64,000 bases of DNA from Mobula hypostoma (GCF_963921235.1 NC_086101.1:163928001-163992000), one strand, 5' to 3'. Shown: positions 1 through 13,560, numbered from the stretch's first letter. A program made the numbers and translations. Notes: generated by a model not told the origin, from the letters alone.

Positions 1-682
1 AATGGTCTGCAGTAACAAAAGTGACTTTTCATACTTACAGATGTATATGTAGTAGGAGGTTATTCCATTCTGTTGGATAATGTAGTTTCCTTTGATTATT
101 TTTTAAATTTGGCTGATATTTTGCCCTTTGGGGAGTAAGGATGAATTTGTTCAATCTCCTACATCTGGAAAATGCAACTGAAAAATGCTGAGTATTTTAC
201 TGTTGTCAAGACGTTGAGGAAACTTGAACTCAAGCCCCAAGCAAAGTGGAAATTGGAACTGATCAACCCCCTGCTCTGTCCCCCGAGTTGCAGAGAACCC
301 AGTGGCTCGGGTGGTTGACCCTACCTCGAGAAGTTTAGTATGTTTAGGAAGATCCTTCAAAGTGTAAAGGATATTGGAGACTAGAAGTTGGATTTCACTA
401 TCTTCTGTTGTGCTAAGTATGTGTTATTTATAGCACGAAGGCCCAATCTTGAAAAAAATTGTGAAATAGGACAGGAATAGCTGTGACAATCTGTAGGGAA
501 TCTCGAGCTAAATTGGGATGTATGGTTTCCTATGGGAGCTGCTTGAAAAGCTTGCATTTCTTATGTAACTGGTGCTGCTTTCACTCGGAAGGGAGCATCT
601 GTCCTTAAAGGAACAGCTTCTACGCCAGCCACAGAACAACTACCTGCCAAGTTGCAATGGAGCTGAGAAGGAGCACGGCAAT

Positions 683-3321
683 ATGCAGAGTCAGTATGGA
701 TAGGACTGAGTCAGTATGGATAGAACTGAGAAATTCTAAGGGTAGAAAGACCCTAATGGGAGTTATCTACAGGCCCACAAACAGTAGTCTGGATGTAGGG
801 TGTAAGTTGAATCAAGAGTTAAAATTGGCATGTAGCAAAGGTAATGCTACAGTTGTTATGGGGGATTTCAACATGCAGGTAGACTGGAAGAATCAGGTTG
901 GTACTGGACCCCAAGAAAGGGAGTTTGTGGAGTGCCTCCGAGATGGATTCTTAGAACAGCTTGTACTGGAGCCTACCAGAGAGAAGGCAATTCTAGATTT
1001 AGAGTTGTGCAATGAACCGGATTTGATCAGGGACCTTGAGGTAAAGGAGCCATTAGGAGGTTGTGACCATAATATGATAAGTTTTAATCTACAAATTGAG
1101 AGGGAGAAGGGAAAATCAGAAGTGTCAGTATTACAGTTGAACAAAGGGAACTATGGAGCTATGAGGGAGGAGCTGGCCAAAGTTCAATGGAACAAAAGCC
1201 TAGCAGGGATGACAGTGGAACAACAATGGCAATATTTCTGGGAATAATGCGGAAGGTGCAGGATCAGTTCGTTCCAAAGAGGAAGAAAGCTCCTAAGGCG
1301 AGTAAGGGGAGGCTGTGGCTGACAAGGGAAGTAATGGACAGTATAAAAATAAAAGAGAAGAAGTATCACATAGCAAAGATGAGTGGGAAGCTGGAGGATT
1401 GGGAAACTTTTAAAGAGCAACAGAAGATAACTAAAAAGGCAATACGCGGAGAAAAGATGAGGTACGAAGGTAAACTAGCCAAGAATATAAAGGAGGATAG
1501 TAAAAGCTATGAAAAGGAAAAAAATAGTTAAGACCAAAATTGGGCCCTCGAAGACAGAAACGGGTGAGTTTATTATGGGGAACAAGGAAATAGCAGACGA
1601 GTTGAACAGGTACTTTGGATCTGTCTTCACTGGGGAAAACACAAACAATCTCCCAGATATAATAGTGGCCAAAGGACCTAGGGTAATGGATGAACTGAAG
1701 GAAATTTATATTAGGCAGGAAATGGTGTTGGATAGACTGTTGAGTCTGAAGGCTGATAAGTCCCCGGGACCTGATGGTCTGCATCCCAGGGTACTTAAGG
1801 AGGTGGCTTTAGAAATCGTGGATGCATTGGTAATCATTTTCCAATGTTCTATAGGCTCAGGATCAGTTCCTGTGGATTGGAGGGTGGCTAATGTTGTCTC
1901 ACTTTTCAAGAAAGGAGGGAAAGAGAAATCAGGAAATTATAGACCGGTTAGCCTGACGTCAGTGTGGGAAAGATGCTGGAGTCAATTATAAAAGATGAAA
2001 TTACGACACATTGGATAGCAGTAACAGGATAGGTCTGAGTCAGCATGGATTTATGAAGAGGAGATCATGCTTGACCAATCTTCTGGAATTTTTTGAGGAT
2101 GTAACTATGAAAATGGACAAGGGAGAGCCAGTAGATGTTGTGTACCTGGACTTTCAGAAAGCCTTTGATAAAGTCCCACATAGGAGATTAGTGGGCAAAA
2201 TTAGGGCACATGGTATTGGGGGCAGAGTACTGACATGGATTGAAAATTGGCTGGCTAAGAGGAAACAAAGAGTAGTGATTAACGGTTCCCTTTTGGAATG
2301 GCAGGCGGTGACCAGTGGGGTACCGCAGGGTTCAGTGCTGGGAACACAGCTGTTTACAATATACATTAATGATTTAGATGAAGGGATTAAAAGTAATATT
2401 AGCAAATTTGCAGATGACACAAAGCTGGGTGGCTGTGTGAAATGTGAGGAAGATGTCATGAGAATGCAGGGTGACTTGGACAGGCTGGGTGAGTGGGCAG
2501 ATGCATGGCAGATGCAGTTTAATGTAGATAAATGTGAGGTTATCCACTTTGGTGGTAAGAACAGGAAGGCAGATTATTATCTAAATGGAGTCAAGTTAGG
2601 AAAAGGGGAAGTACAATGAGATCTAGGTGTTCTTCTACATCAGTCACTGAAAGCAAGCATGCAGGTACAGCAAGCAGTGAAGAAAGCTAATGGCATGCTG
2701 GCCTTCATAACAAGGGGAATTGAGTATAGGAGCAAAGAGGTCCTTCTGCAACTGTACAGGGCCCTGGTGAGACCACACCTGGAGTATTGTGTGCAGTTTT
2801 GGTCTCCAAATTTGAAGAGGGACAATCTTGCTATTGAGGGAGTGCAGCATAGGTTCACAAGGTTAATTCCCGGGATGGCGGGACTGTCATGTGTTGAGAG
2901 ATTGGAGTGACTGGGCTTGTATACACTGGAATTTAGAAGGATGAGAGGGGATCTGATTGAAACATATAAGGTTATTAAGGGATTGGACACCCTGGAGGCA
3001 GGAAGCATGTTCCCGCTGATGGGTGAGTCCAGAACCCAGAGGCCACTGTTTAAGAATAAGGGGTAGACCATTTAGAACGGAGTTGAGGAAAGACTTTTTC
3101 ACCCAGAGAGTGGTGGATATGTGGAATGCTCTGCCCCAGAAGGCAGTGGAGGCCAAGTCTCTGGATGCTTTCAAGAAAGAGATGGATAGAGCTCTTAAAG
3201 ATAGTGGAATCAAAGGTTATGGGGATAAGGCAGGAACTGGATACTGATTGTGGATGATCACAGTGAATGGCGGTGCTGGCTCGAAGGGCCTAATGGCCTA
3301 CTCCTGCACCTATTGTCTATT
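683..3321 (+). mobile_element. 5'-truncated CR1-clade LINE (young subfamily A); ORF2 disrupted
   Basis: APE endonuclease motifs (MGDFN, DHNMI), KSPGPDGLHPR, RT motifs (YLDFQKAFDKVPH, GVPQGSVLG, FADDTK), C-terminal FFTQRVV.WN.LP, 3' tail CTATTGTCTATT, candidate 6-bp TSD GGCAAT at 677-682 and 3322-3327. Confidence 0.95.
700..3247 (+). pseudogene. CR1 ORF2 (endonuclease-reverse transcriptase), broken by frameshifts and stops
   Basis: Colinear ORF pieces 657-1247, 1187-1531, 1509-1991, 2011-2619, 2659-2910, 3023-3247. Confidence 0.93.
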
Positions 3322-3449
3322 GGCAATCTCCTGTCTGTCGGAGCATCCTCGGTGTGATGACTTTCCCTAATCAAGTCCTGTGTCGGATTGGTTCCATGCC
3401 ACCAAAAGCTGCAACCCTATCAAGGAGGCAAAGGTCACAACTTGTAACT

Positions 3450-3805
3450 TCAGTAGGTACATTTAATGTCAGATAAATGCATACAATATACATCCTGAAA
3501 TTCTTTGTCTTCACAAACATCCATGAAAACAGCAGAGTGCCCCAAAGAATGAATGACAGTTAAACATTAGAACCCCAAAGCTCCCCGCCCCCACTCCCCC
3601 CTCCCAAGCACAAGCAGCAGAAAGGCAATGACGCCCCCCCCAACCAGCAAAAGAAGCATCCGCACCCTCCACCGAGCACTCAGATGTGCGGCAGAGCATC
3701 AATATAGACACAGACTTGCAGTACCCCAAAGACTACTTTCATTCACCCAGTAATTCGACATACCACAGGCTCTCTCTCTCCCTAATAAAAAGAGGTGTCC
3801 CCATT
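3450..3805 (-). mobile_element. Unclassified interspersed repeat, probably a LINE 3' UTR
   Basis: Start resembles the reverse-complemented 3' tails of other LINE copies here (ATACAATATACATCCTGAAATTC, cf. 51680-51720). Confidence 0.45.
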
Positions 3806-4301
3806 TGGATGTGATTTGTACGAAAAAGGCCTTGAACAGTGAAGCGATGAGTAATTATGCCTTTTTTCATTATTCTGAGCCTTGAACATTGAGGCTGGGA
3901 GATGTACTGTATGTGCAAGCTGTGAATGTTGCCCTGTAGACCCTTTAATTGATGTCTCATTTCTAATCTTCTGCAGTGAGCTTCTGGTTTCTCTGTTGAA
4001 GGCTGTAGGCTGTCCCAGAAGCCTCACTGACTGCCAGTAGTGGAGAAGATGTGTGATGTGCCTGGTTCAATGAGCATGATCTAGAAATTATTGCAAACAT
4101 TATTGAAGTGGGGTAAAAAAAATATTTTATACACATTTTGCTCATGTAAAATGGAAAATTATGGATAAAGTTTTTAGGAAAGGAATTTTCCAGGAGTTTC
4201 CTGATCATCCCATATAGGCTTGAGGGCATATACCTCATACTAGTTTAATGAAGTCCAAAGACTTGAATTTATTCAGCATCTTCCTTATGCCTTACTGTCT
4301 G

Positions 4302-4499
4302 TGCCAGCGGTGTAGTGGTATTTTCCTCTGGACTTTGGAATAAGAGGTCCCAGGTTCAAATCCGGCTGGCTCCTTACACGTTTTCCATCTGTGCTGGTTT
4401 CAGTGTTCAGCTAGCAACTCAGCCTCGTAAAACAGACAAGTGCTAAAGAAATGGCAAAGTTTTTGCCCAATGCACCAAGCAAGGTGTGGGGAGGAACTG
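4302..4499 (+). mobile_element. tRNA-derived SINE
   Basis: Pol III A-box-like GGTGTAGTGG and B-box GGTTCAAATCC followed by a non-tRNA body. Confidence 0.7.
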
Positions 4500-5094
4500 A
4501 TCCCTTACGAGTACATTCCCTTACAGTTGATGCAGTACTCTTGATGTTTTTGTTTAATACAGTAAGCATGTTAGCCCATTTGGAAATAACATGATGATTA
4601 CTTCTTTAACTAATATTGAATTAAGGAGAGAGAAACTGGGGATCTGACATCCCTTCCTGTCTCTGTCTTTTTATAGCGTGCTTTTTAAAATCAACAACAT
4701 GTTGGAGGAGCTCTGGGTCCAGCAACATCTGTCGTGGGTGTGGTGCTGGAGGAAGGAGATGTCACTGTTTCGGTTCAAAGCTAAGAGTGAAGAGGAAAGA
4801 TGGCCATTGTGAATCTACTTTTTTGTCATTAAAGTGAGAAGGCAGTTTGTTCTCCCATTAGAAAGATAGCATCTGAGCCAAATTAGTGTGGGCTTTAGGC
4901 TTTCTGCGGAGTAGGATTTAATCTAGAATCTTACTCAGAGGCACAATGGAAAAATTTGCTGAATCAATAAATGATGTTAATGGAGAGTTTCTGACTGAGA
5001 TTGTGGATGAGCCAATCTCTTCAAAGTTTACTGCAGTTCAGCAGAGAGATTAGGAGAGGGCATCACAGGGACCCAGCAGATAAGTCGTGCATGA

Positions 5095-5435
5095 TGGTGC
5101 AGTAGTTAAACTATTGGACTAGTATTTCAGAGGCTGGGAATTCCAGTTTCAGAGATATGACTACAAATCCCACCGTGAAGGTTGTAGAATTTAAATTTGA
5201 TTAATATGGTATTTAAAATAATCAAAGCTAATGATAAACATAATACAATTGGATTGTTTTTAAAACCGTATCTAGTTACTTAATATCCTTGAGAGGATGA
5301 ACTATGCCAACAACAGTTGTGACTCCTATTCCATCAAGACTGTGGGCTTGAAAACTCGAAGCCACCTGTCTCAGTGCAAATGTGAGTGGGCAATAACTGT
5401 TGATCTTGCCAGAGAGAGCACAGCATCAAAATGAG
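5095..5435 (+). mobile_element. Degenerate tRNA-headed SINE with LINE-type tail
   Basis: Head GGTGCAGTAGTT...ACAAATCCCACC; tail GGGCAATAA...GCCAG also seen at 18906-19030; body piece recurs at ~57150-57220. Confidence 0.55.
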
Positions 5436-5499
5436 GGATAAAGTGGGCATCATGGTGAACAGTGTGAATCAGAATTCTGTTTCATATAAGGAGATGTTC

Positions 5500-5690
5500 A
5501 TGGGTTGAATGTCCATTCAGAAACCTGATGGCTGAGGAGAAGAAGCTGTTCCTGATTCGCTGAGTGGGTATGTCTTCAGACTTCAGTACCTCCTTCCTGA
5601 TGGGAACAATGAGAAGAGGACATCTTCTGGGTGATGAGGGCCACCTTTTTGAGGCAGCACCTCTTGAAGTTACCCTGGATACTATGGAGT
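5500..5690 (-). mobile_element. Rex1/Babar-type LINE 3' fragment
   Basis: AAGAAGCTGTTCCTGA...GTACCTCCTTCCTGATGG is the reverse complement of the LLPSGRRY motif; matches 13920-14070. Confidence 0.7.
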
Positions 5691-6119
5691 ATACAATATC
5701 CCAGCTGAAATACAGTTTCCTAGCTGTTGGAGCAATGAATTAACACTTCAGGATGTTTGGTTAACTTATTCTCATGTTCAGTCAGCATTACTCAGATGGA
5801 TAGGATGGTGAGTGTTATAGGACCTGCAATGCATACTATTTGCTGGGAAGCATCAGAAACAGCTGTGGTTTATTTTTATAGGTTTATGTTTTCTGCTGAC
5901 TTTGTCTGATGAGTTTCTTTGAAGAAACTAACTGAACTTGTACTGATTATGTTTTCATCCAGGTGTTTGTTCTTCTGTTTTTTTTTAACAAGGTTATCCT
6001 GTGTTTCTTGATGACATAGGCCACTGAGAACAGAGAACAGATTTCCTGGCACTGAAACTGAATGAACAAAAAATGGTGGTCACGTGGAACAGCTGCATGC
6101 CTTCAATGCAACGTTTGAT

Positions 6120-6480
6120 CATAAAATATAGGAGCAGAATTAGGCCATTCCACCCATCAAGTCTGCTCTATCATTCCCCCATGCCATGGTTGATTTACTA
6201 TCCCCCTCAACCCCATTCTTCTACCTTTTCCCCACAACCTTTGATGGCTGTGTTGTACTTGGACTGAAATGAAGGCATTGATCAAGGTATCTTGGAATCT
6301 TGCAACTACCACAAAGAGCGGGAAGAAAAGTGGCCTTTTCTGGTTGGCTGCAAGTGACTAGTGTTGTTCTGCAGGAGTCAGTGTTGGGACTGCTTTTTTT
6401 CACATTATGTATCAATGATTTGGATGACGGATTTGATGGATTTGTAGCCAAGATAGGTAGCTGGGCAGGGACTGTTGAAA
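6120..6480. mobile_element. Old CR1 fragments (3' UTR on -, RT piece on +)
   Basis: Translation W.QVTSVVLQESVLG.....INDLD; GGCCATTC..CCCATC tail motif. Confidence 0.7.
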
Positions 6481-6909
6481 CGTAGAAACATAGAAAATAG
6501 GTGCAGGAGTAGGCCATTCGGCCCTTCGAGCCTGCACCGCCATTCAGTATGATCATGGCTGATCATCCAACTCAGAACCCTGTACCAGCCTTCCCTCCAT
6601 ACCTCCTGATCCCTTTAGCCGCAAGGGCCATATCTAACTCCCTCTTAAGTAGAGCCAATGAACCGGCCTCAACTGTTTCCTGTGGCACAGAATTCCACAA
6701 ATTCACCACTCTCTGTGTGAAGAAGTTTTTCCTCATCTCAGTCCTAAAAGGCTTCCCCTTTATCCTCAAACAGTGACCCCTCGTTCTGGACTTCCCCAAC
6801 ATTGGAAACAATCTTCCTGCATCTAGCCTGTCCAATCCCTTTAGGATTTTATACGTTTCAATAAGATCCCCCCTCAATCTTCTAAATTCCAACAAGTATA
6901 AGCCTAGTA
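6481..6909 (-). mobile_element. CR1 3' fragment (young subfamily B)
   Basis: ORF 6572-6922 LEFRRLRGDLIETYKIL...FFTQRVVNLWNS; (CTATGTTT)n tail; highly similar to 48030-48456. Confidence 0.93.
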
Positions 6910-8629
6910 TTGGAAAGGCCAAGAGTGACCTTTCTCTGGCAACAGTGTAAGGACTTTTTTTGGATCCCTTTCCTATGAGTGTTTGCAGGATTTACACTCA
7001 TTCCCTCCCTGGCATTCATGTTATCCATTATTCATTTTATCACTGTTCGGGTGTTTGAGTTCACCTTCTGAATGCTCACCACCCTAATATTCAGGAAATG
7101 AGAGCATTTTATTTCAAAAATTGTCTTCAACTTCTGCTAATTAGCAAGTGCCTATCTGGATGTACATCTCTATTTCCATGGTAACACCATTGACTATAAT
7201 TTAGATCTCTGAGCAGATCTAGAACGTGGGAACTCTAATATTTAAATTTCCTATTGATGCAGTCTAGAACACTAATGTCTTTGTTAAGTAGGAGAATTGA
7301 TTCACTTGCTCTTCACTCAGTGGGTGGGGTACTTACTTGAGGTTAAAAATGGTACATTTTCAAGAAGCAGGGAAACTTTGGGATATGCAGTTAAAGTGGT
7401 AGAGTAGCTGCATAATTTAACCAAGATCTTAATAGACAGCAGGCAAGAAAGCAAGGTTTCACATCTGAAAATTAAATATTTTTAGTTCTCATCAGCATCC
7501 GAGTAGAATGCTGTTTATAAGCAGCAGTAGTTCCTTTCTAGCTGCTGCTGTCTATACCCAAGACAACTGCATTGACTCCATCAGCACTCTGAGGACCCTC
7601 TAGGAATCATTTGCTGAATCTGGTAATACGAGATCCTTTCTCACCATGTACAACTATTTCCACCTTTCCTGAAATCTAAGTCTGCCCGTATTTTATTTTT
7701 CAGCTCTTTAAAGATTTGCTAATGAAGAGGAAAAAGTGGGAAAGGGTTAAAGGAATCATAATTATGAGAAGATAGCTTTTCTTAATATTTTATTCATCTG
7801 ATGCCTGCAGCAAAGCTGTCATGATTAGACTAACACATGATTTCTCTGAAACATGTGATGTGCTTTAGTCAGGTGGTACAGTCTGGAATTCACAAGTCGC
7901 ACTTCTGACATAAAAATATTCACAACATTGTCTGACAAACATACCATGCACTATGACTGTAGTAATTTTTCTAGTACTAATCTGATTTTATTTTTTAAAG
8001 CAAACTATTAAACTTATCGCAGTTCAAAGAGCAGGTACTAGATCTTCACTGATTTAAAGGAATACTGCTGAACAGAAGGCAGTAATTGAGGTACTGCCAG
8101 ACGATCAAGAGCAATGTTTATGAAATACAGGGCTATAATCAAAGAGCAAGGTAGATTGCACCATATCCCTTCCTCGTCTAACTGTACTCTGTATCTACCA
8201 CCGTATTTTGGGTTTCGTTCTTAAGAAGTGATGATGGTGTGGAGCCAGATAAGCTGAAAGTCAATTGGAAAAATTAGGCTGACTGTACTGCAGGGAAAAT
8301 CAGTCTGAAAATCCAGCCTACTACTAGATCTAAAAAAAATATACCTGATCGTCACAACCAATGATCCTCAGTCTCTTACCTAATTGCAATAAAGAGAACA
8401 GAGTTGGGAAGATGCTGTGAAGCTGCCATATCCTAAGCTGTCAGGATGAAGGGAGTATTTCAGCAGATGAGTGGCACTCTGGTGGGGCTGCAGTGGAAGG
8501 TGTGTACCACACATGCCGATAAACGAGATGTACTTGTTGATTATGAGGCATCACAAAGGGCATAATTAGTGCATGATCAAATGTTTCACCATGTAGTTGT
8601 TTCTAAGGTGCATCTTACCTACGCACTAT

Positions 8630-9180
8630 CTGAGGTACTGTATAAAACTTTGGGTAGGCTGCACTTGGAGCATTGTATTCAATTCTGATTGCCCCATTGG
8701 TATGATATGAAGGCTTTGGAAAGGATACAGAAAAGGTTTACCAGGATGCTATCTGGATTAAAGGGTATGACCTATAAGGAAAGATTGGACAAACTAGGCG
8801 AGTTTTTTTTGGAGCATCAAGAGATTGTGGGGGGAGGGCATAAATATCTGACAGAAGTTTATAAAATTAAGAGACATAGATGGGGCAGACAATCGGTACA
8901 TTCTTTGATAATAAGTGTGCTTTGAATCCTTTCCCCAGGGTTGAAACATCAAAAACAAGGAAATAAGTATTTCAGGTGAGGTTTAAAGGAAATGTGCGGG
9001 GCAAGTTATTTTACGCAGAGTGGTAGGTGCTTGACACAGGCTGCGGGCTGCAGATATGATAGTGGCATTTAAGAGGCTATTAGACACATAAATATGGAGA
9101 GATATGGATCATGTACAGACAGAAGAAAATTAGTTTAATATGGCATTGTATTTGATGCAACATTAAAGGGCCTGTTAACA
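8630..9180 (+). mobile_element. Degenerate CR1 3' fragment
   Basis: ALERIQKRFTRML.GL..MTYKERLDKLG. Confidence 0.8.
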
Positions 9181-10194
9181 AGGTAGACAAAGGAAAATGA
9201 TTATGGAGGAAATCTGTGAAGTTAGATCCTTTGTAGCTTCAGGCACAGATACCAATTGAATAGAACTGAACGAGCACAGATAATGCCAGAGAAAATCATA
9301 GTGACAGGAAAGGGCAGTACCAGAAAGAGATTCGAAAATGAGGAGATTTTTAAGCTTGAAATATTCTTTAACCAGGAACCAGTATCATTGAAAGAGCAAA
9401 GGAGCAATGACTGGAGGGGAAATGGGTGGCAGAGTTAGTCATAACTTGCAATTTACAATGGGGTGAGCTACAGTATGTGACTCAATATGGAATGAACAAG
9501 TCTAACAGTAACAAAAGCATGGCTGAGGATTTCAGTAGTAGATGATGTGAGGGAGAGGAGTGGGGGTGGTGGGGTGTTGGGGGGGGAGGAAAGAATGCTT
9601 TTTATGGTTTGGACATGAGGTCCAAAGTTGATCTTGGGGATGGAAATGAGAGCAAGGCTGTCAGACAAGTACCACAGACATGGATAAAGTCTGCCTCTTT
9701 GTAATGGATTTTGCGACAAGGACTGAAGACAATGCTGTATCTCCCCAATCTTCAGCTAAGAGAAGGAAATATTGTAAACACTTAGCAGTCTGTCAGCATC
9801 TGCAGATGTTTCCAGATTGTAAATTGTTTCAAGCATTTTCTGTTTTTATTTCAGATTTCCAGCAGACATGGTCTTTGTAATTTTCAATCAATTTTAATAA
9901 ATTGCTTTTCATCTAGTGTTGCACCAGATAAATTTTCTGGTAAATTATCGACCATGGAGAGGTCAATAGAGGGAACTGCCAGTGTATGCATGAAAACTGA
10001 CGTTTTACATGTTGCCAAGGCAGCACGTAGACAAAAAAAAAGAATAGGTCTTGGAAAAGGAAGAGATGTTGCTGCACAAACAAGGTCTAATGTATTTGGT
10101 TCTTGAAAAAAAAATGCTTCTGAATAAAAACTTAACGAAAACTTTAACAATTTGTCCATGATGTCACTTTTCTGCCAAAGATAGCCTGTTGTTG

Positions 10195-10745
10195 GAATGT
10201 AGAACAGTACAACGCAGACAACTCAGGAAGAGGAGCTTCAGACCATCTTGTCACTAGTGAACTTAATGCCAATATCAACAATATTTCTTTCTGCCTGTGC
10301 ACGAGCAATATCTTCCATTCCCTGCATCTTTAATACTACTACTTTATCCCCTTCCACTATTACTACTAGTAGTCTGTTCCTGGCATCCCTGTTCAGAAAA
10401 ACAATCTTGCCCCACATGCCTGCTTTAAACTTTACCCTTCACCTTAAATGCGTGCCCTCTAGTACTTTATGTTTTTGCAGTGGGTCGAAGATCCTGCCAA
10501 TATATCCTATCTATGCCTCTCATAGATCTTACCATCTTCTATCAGGTCTCCCTGCAGACTCTGATCCAAGTTTGTCCAACCACTCCTTACAGCTCATATC
10601 TTCCAATCCAGGCAGTATCTTGGTAAATGTTTTCTGTACCCTTCTCCCATGCCTCTACCTCCTCCTAATGGAGTGACTAGAACCGTACACAGTACTTCAA
10701 CTGACACCTAACCAATGTTTTATATAGCTACAACAACTTCCAACC
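10195..10745 (-). mobile_element. Degenerate CR1 3' fragment
   Basis: Reverse complement of CR1 C-terminal region (ATCCAGGCAGTATCTTGGTAAAT...TGTACCCT). Confidence 0.7.
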
Positions 10746-11381
10746 AAAATGAAGTATCTGAGTTTTTTTAAACTAGTACTCCTTACACAGTTTGACCTTT
10801 TATTTCCTATAGTTACCTTTGTCCTCAGTTAGCTCCACATATGTTAATTAATGACATAATTTAAAATTCAGTACCATCTGTTTTGCATAATTTTTCAACA
10901 TGCTGTTTCTGAGTTAGAGTGCAGTTGGTGATGTGGTCTATAAACATACTCTTAAAACAAGTACATGACATATTTGGAATTCCGTAGTGCAAATTGTTCC
11001 TGGGAAAAATCTGGTGCTATTCATTATGGGACTATTGTTGTCTGTCTCAAAGGTAGGCTGGTATATATCTTTCATTTTTGACTCTTTGAATAAAGAGTAT
11101 TTTGTATGCTTTCATAGTTATTACATAATGCTGTTAATTCCTTGCTTCTAAAGTTTAGTAATGCTACATGATGTGCTAGCCTGGAAATCTGTCTTGCATC
11201 AATGATATCCTTCTTGCTTTGGGGGTAAACAATAATGGGTTCAACTCTAATCTAGGTGAGAGAGTAGAATGAGCACTGCACCGTACCAAATCCTTTCTTC
11301 AGGATGAGATCTTTATCTGAGACCCCATCAACTCCTCCTAATAGAACCTAAAGATCCAAAGACACTATTTAAGAAGAGCAG

Positions 11382-11598
11382 CACGGTGGTGTAACGCCAT
11401 TGCAGCGCCAGAGACCCAGGTTCAATTCCTGCAGCTGTCCATAAGGAGTTTGGACGTTTTCCCTGTGACTGCATGGGTTTCCTCCAGGTGCTCTGGTTTC
11501 CTCCCACGTTCCAAAGACGTATAGGTTACACAGGTATAATTGGTCGTCATGGTTTCATTGAGCCAGTAAGTTCTGTTACTGTGGCGTATTTCTAAATA
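11382..11598 (+). mobile_element. V-SINE (HE1-like)
   Basis: tRNA head with B-box GGTTCAATTCC, V-domain-like TGCATGGGTTTCCTCCAGGTGCTCTGGTTTCCTCCCAC.TTCCAAAGAC. Confidence 0.85.
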
Positions 11599-12931
11599 CA
11601 GGTTTCCCCCGCTATCTGAAGGTAGAGCGTTCCTGTGAAATGGTTCGTAAGCCGGAATTTCGTAAAGTGAATAAACAATTACCATTTATTAATCTGGGAA
11701 AATTTTTTGAGCGTTTCTGGACCCAAAAAATAACCTACAAAATCATGCTAAATAACACACAAAATCTAAAATAACAGTAACATATAGTAAAAGCAGGAAT
11801 GATATGATGAATACACAGCCTATATAAAGTAGAAATATTCTTCTGCAGCACTATCTAGCACAGCGAAAATCTCGCGAAAGCGCTCTCGGCAGAAAGACTT
11901 TCTCCTGTAACCTTTTAAGCTATGAAACTGCCAAATCATACCAAATAACGCATAAAAATACACAGCCTATATGAAGTAGAAATAATGTATGTACAGGGTA
12001 GTTTCACTTACCGGAATCTGGAAGACTCCAATAAATTGCAATTTCATCACAGCTAAACACATGCTTATACGAATAACCACCTGACGCAATCAGCAATCGC
12101 CTCTGATCTGGGCCACATTTACATGCCGGGTGGCACCTAATTAATTAGCTTGTTTATTTCGGCTTTTTTCTTAAATACGTGCTGGGTGAGTTCCGACTAC
12201 CGCTGCATTCTCTGCAGCAATGTATCGGTCCGCGGCCCAGAGGCTGGGGACAACTGCTTAAACTATGAAGCTGCCCTCGTCTCAGAAACCGATCAAACCA
12301 CCCATGACTACTTTAAATTCCACTTTCGCAACACTTTCATCACCATCGTCCGGTGCTTTCTGTTTCAGCTTATTAAAGAGACTGACTGATTTCTCCTTAA
12401 GTATAAGAAAACTTATTGGAACACCACCTTTTGTACACCCATCAATCCACTCAAGCAATAGACTTTCCATTTTATCCATTACTGGATGCCGACTAAGAGA
12501 GACCACTTTTCTACAAACAAAACCAACAGTAACATCGGCAGCTTTCAAAATTCTTTCTCTCTGCGTATAAGTAGTGCGAATGGTGGACGCAGGCAAGTTC
12601 AACGCGCGGACAATGTCCTTACTTCGTTCAGCACAATCGAAACATTTAATTATGTCTAGGTTTACGCTAAGTGTAACACCCTTAAGAGCTTTTTCTTAGG
12701 CTTTTCCGATACCTTAGAACTCATCTTGCTAATGGATGCACAAAACAAATCGAGATAAAGCATACGTTTAAGCAATGCTGGCTAGAATGAGGAGCTTGGC
12801 TGTTCGGGTGCACGCTGCCTTGTTTCGTGACAGTGAAAACACCTCCTGTTAGTCAAAACAGGTAATTAATGTAGGTCTTTCGTAACAGCGAGGTGTCGTA
12901 AAGCAAACGTTCAAAAAACGGGGGCCACCCG
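11599..12931 (-). mobile_element. Tigger/pogo-type DNA transposon, internally deleted
   Basis: TA at 11597-98 and 12932-33; imperfect TIRs CAGGTTTCCCCCGCTATCTGAA / CGGGTGGCCCCCGTTTTTTGAA; transposase N-terminus from ATG at 12724. Confidence 0.88.
12282..12724 (-). pseudogene. pogo/CENP-B-like transposase N-terminal HTH domains; no DDE domain
   Basis: MSSKVSEKPK..(frameshift)..IVRALNLPASTIRT...MESLLLEWI...GVPISFLILKEKS.SLFNKLK. Confidence 0.85.
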
Positions 12932-13560
12932 TAATATAAAATACAGAGTAGATATCTGGGGTGTATCGCTGGAAAAAAGTACTAGATTACTTATCTCACT
13001 GCAACTTTGTAGGTACTTTTTCTTTTACAAATTGGCACTTTTTCACTATGCTCCAAGAGCACAGTTACAGAATGGTTAATGGTTGTGTGATTTACGCAGT
13101 GCAAGTCCTTGAATATGTTGGTCTAATATAAGCCTGGGAAAATTCTAGAATAGGAGTGACCCCTGAAGCTACTGAGCCTTTTCCACTATTCAGTCTGCTC
13201 ACAGCTGATATGTGATGTTTCCCTAAATATTTGACTTTGCCCTATACCCTTTAAACATAATCTCTTTCAATCTCTTGTTTAGCATTAACCGTTAATATCA
13301 TTAGTAATCGCTTGTAGAAAACTGTTCTCAACTTGTACGACTACTTGCATTTGGAAATACCTCCTAACTTAACTCCTGATGGTTTGGCTTCAACATTTAT
13401 ACTGTGACCTCTGTCCGGTACAATAGACCTAATTTCAGCCCCAGATTCCAGAAATAATTTCACTGCTATGTAACTCATCAGTTCTCTTCAATGCATTTAA
13501 AATTGTCATCAAAATTTTATGCTTTGATGTTCTGCTTCCAGTTTTCTGGAAGGTGACATT

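Larger units (their letters stand above)
11230..13110 (+). mobile_element. Ancient Deu-domain-like SINE split by two later insertions
   Basis: 5' half TTCAGGATGAGA...TAAAGATCC...CACTATTTAAGAAGAGCAG (11230-11381) and 3' half ACAAATTGGC...ATGGTTGTG (12945-13110) resemble DeuSINE consensus as recalled. Confidence 0.5.

Noticed and set aside
3977-4112. Exon with an in-frame TGA (selenocysteine?)
   Set aside because: Stops in all frames, weak donor (GTAAAA), no recognisable selenoprotein motif or SECIS
12282-12602. Domesticated TIGD/CENP-B gene
   Set aside because: Frameshifted, lacks the DDE domain, and is bounded by TIRs and a TA duplication
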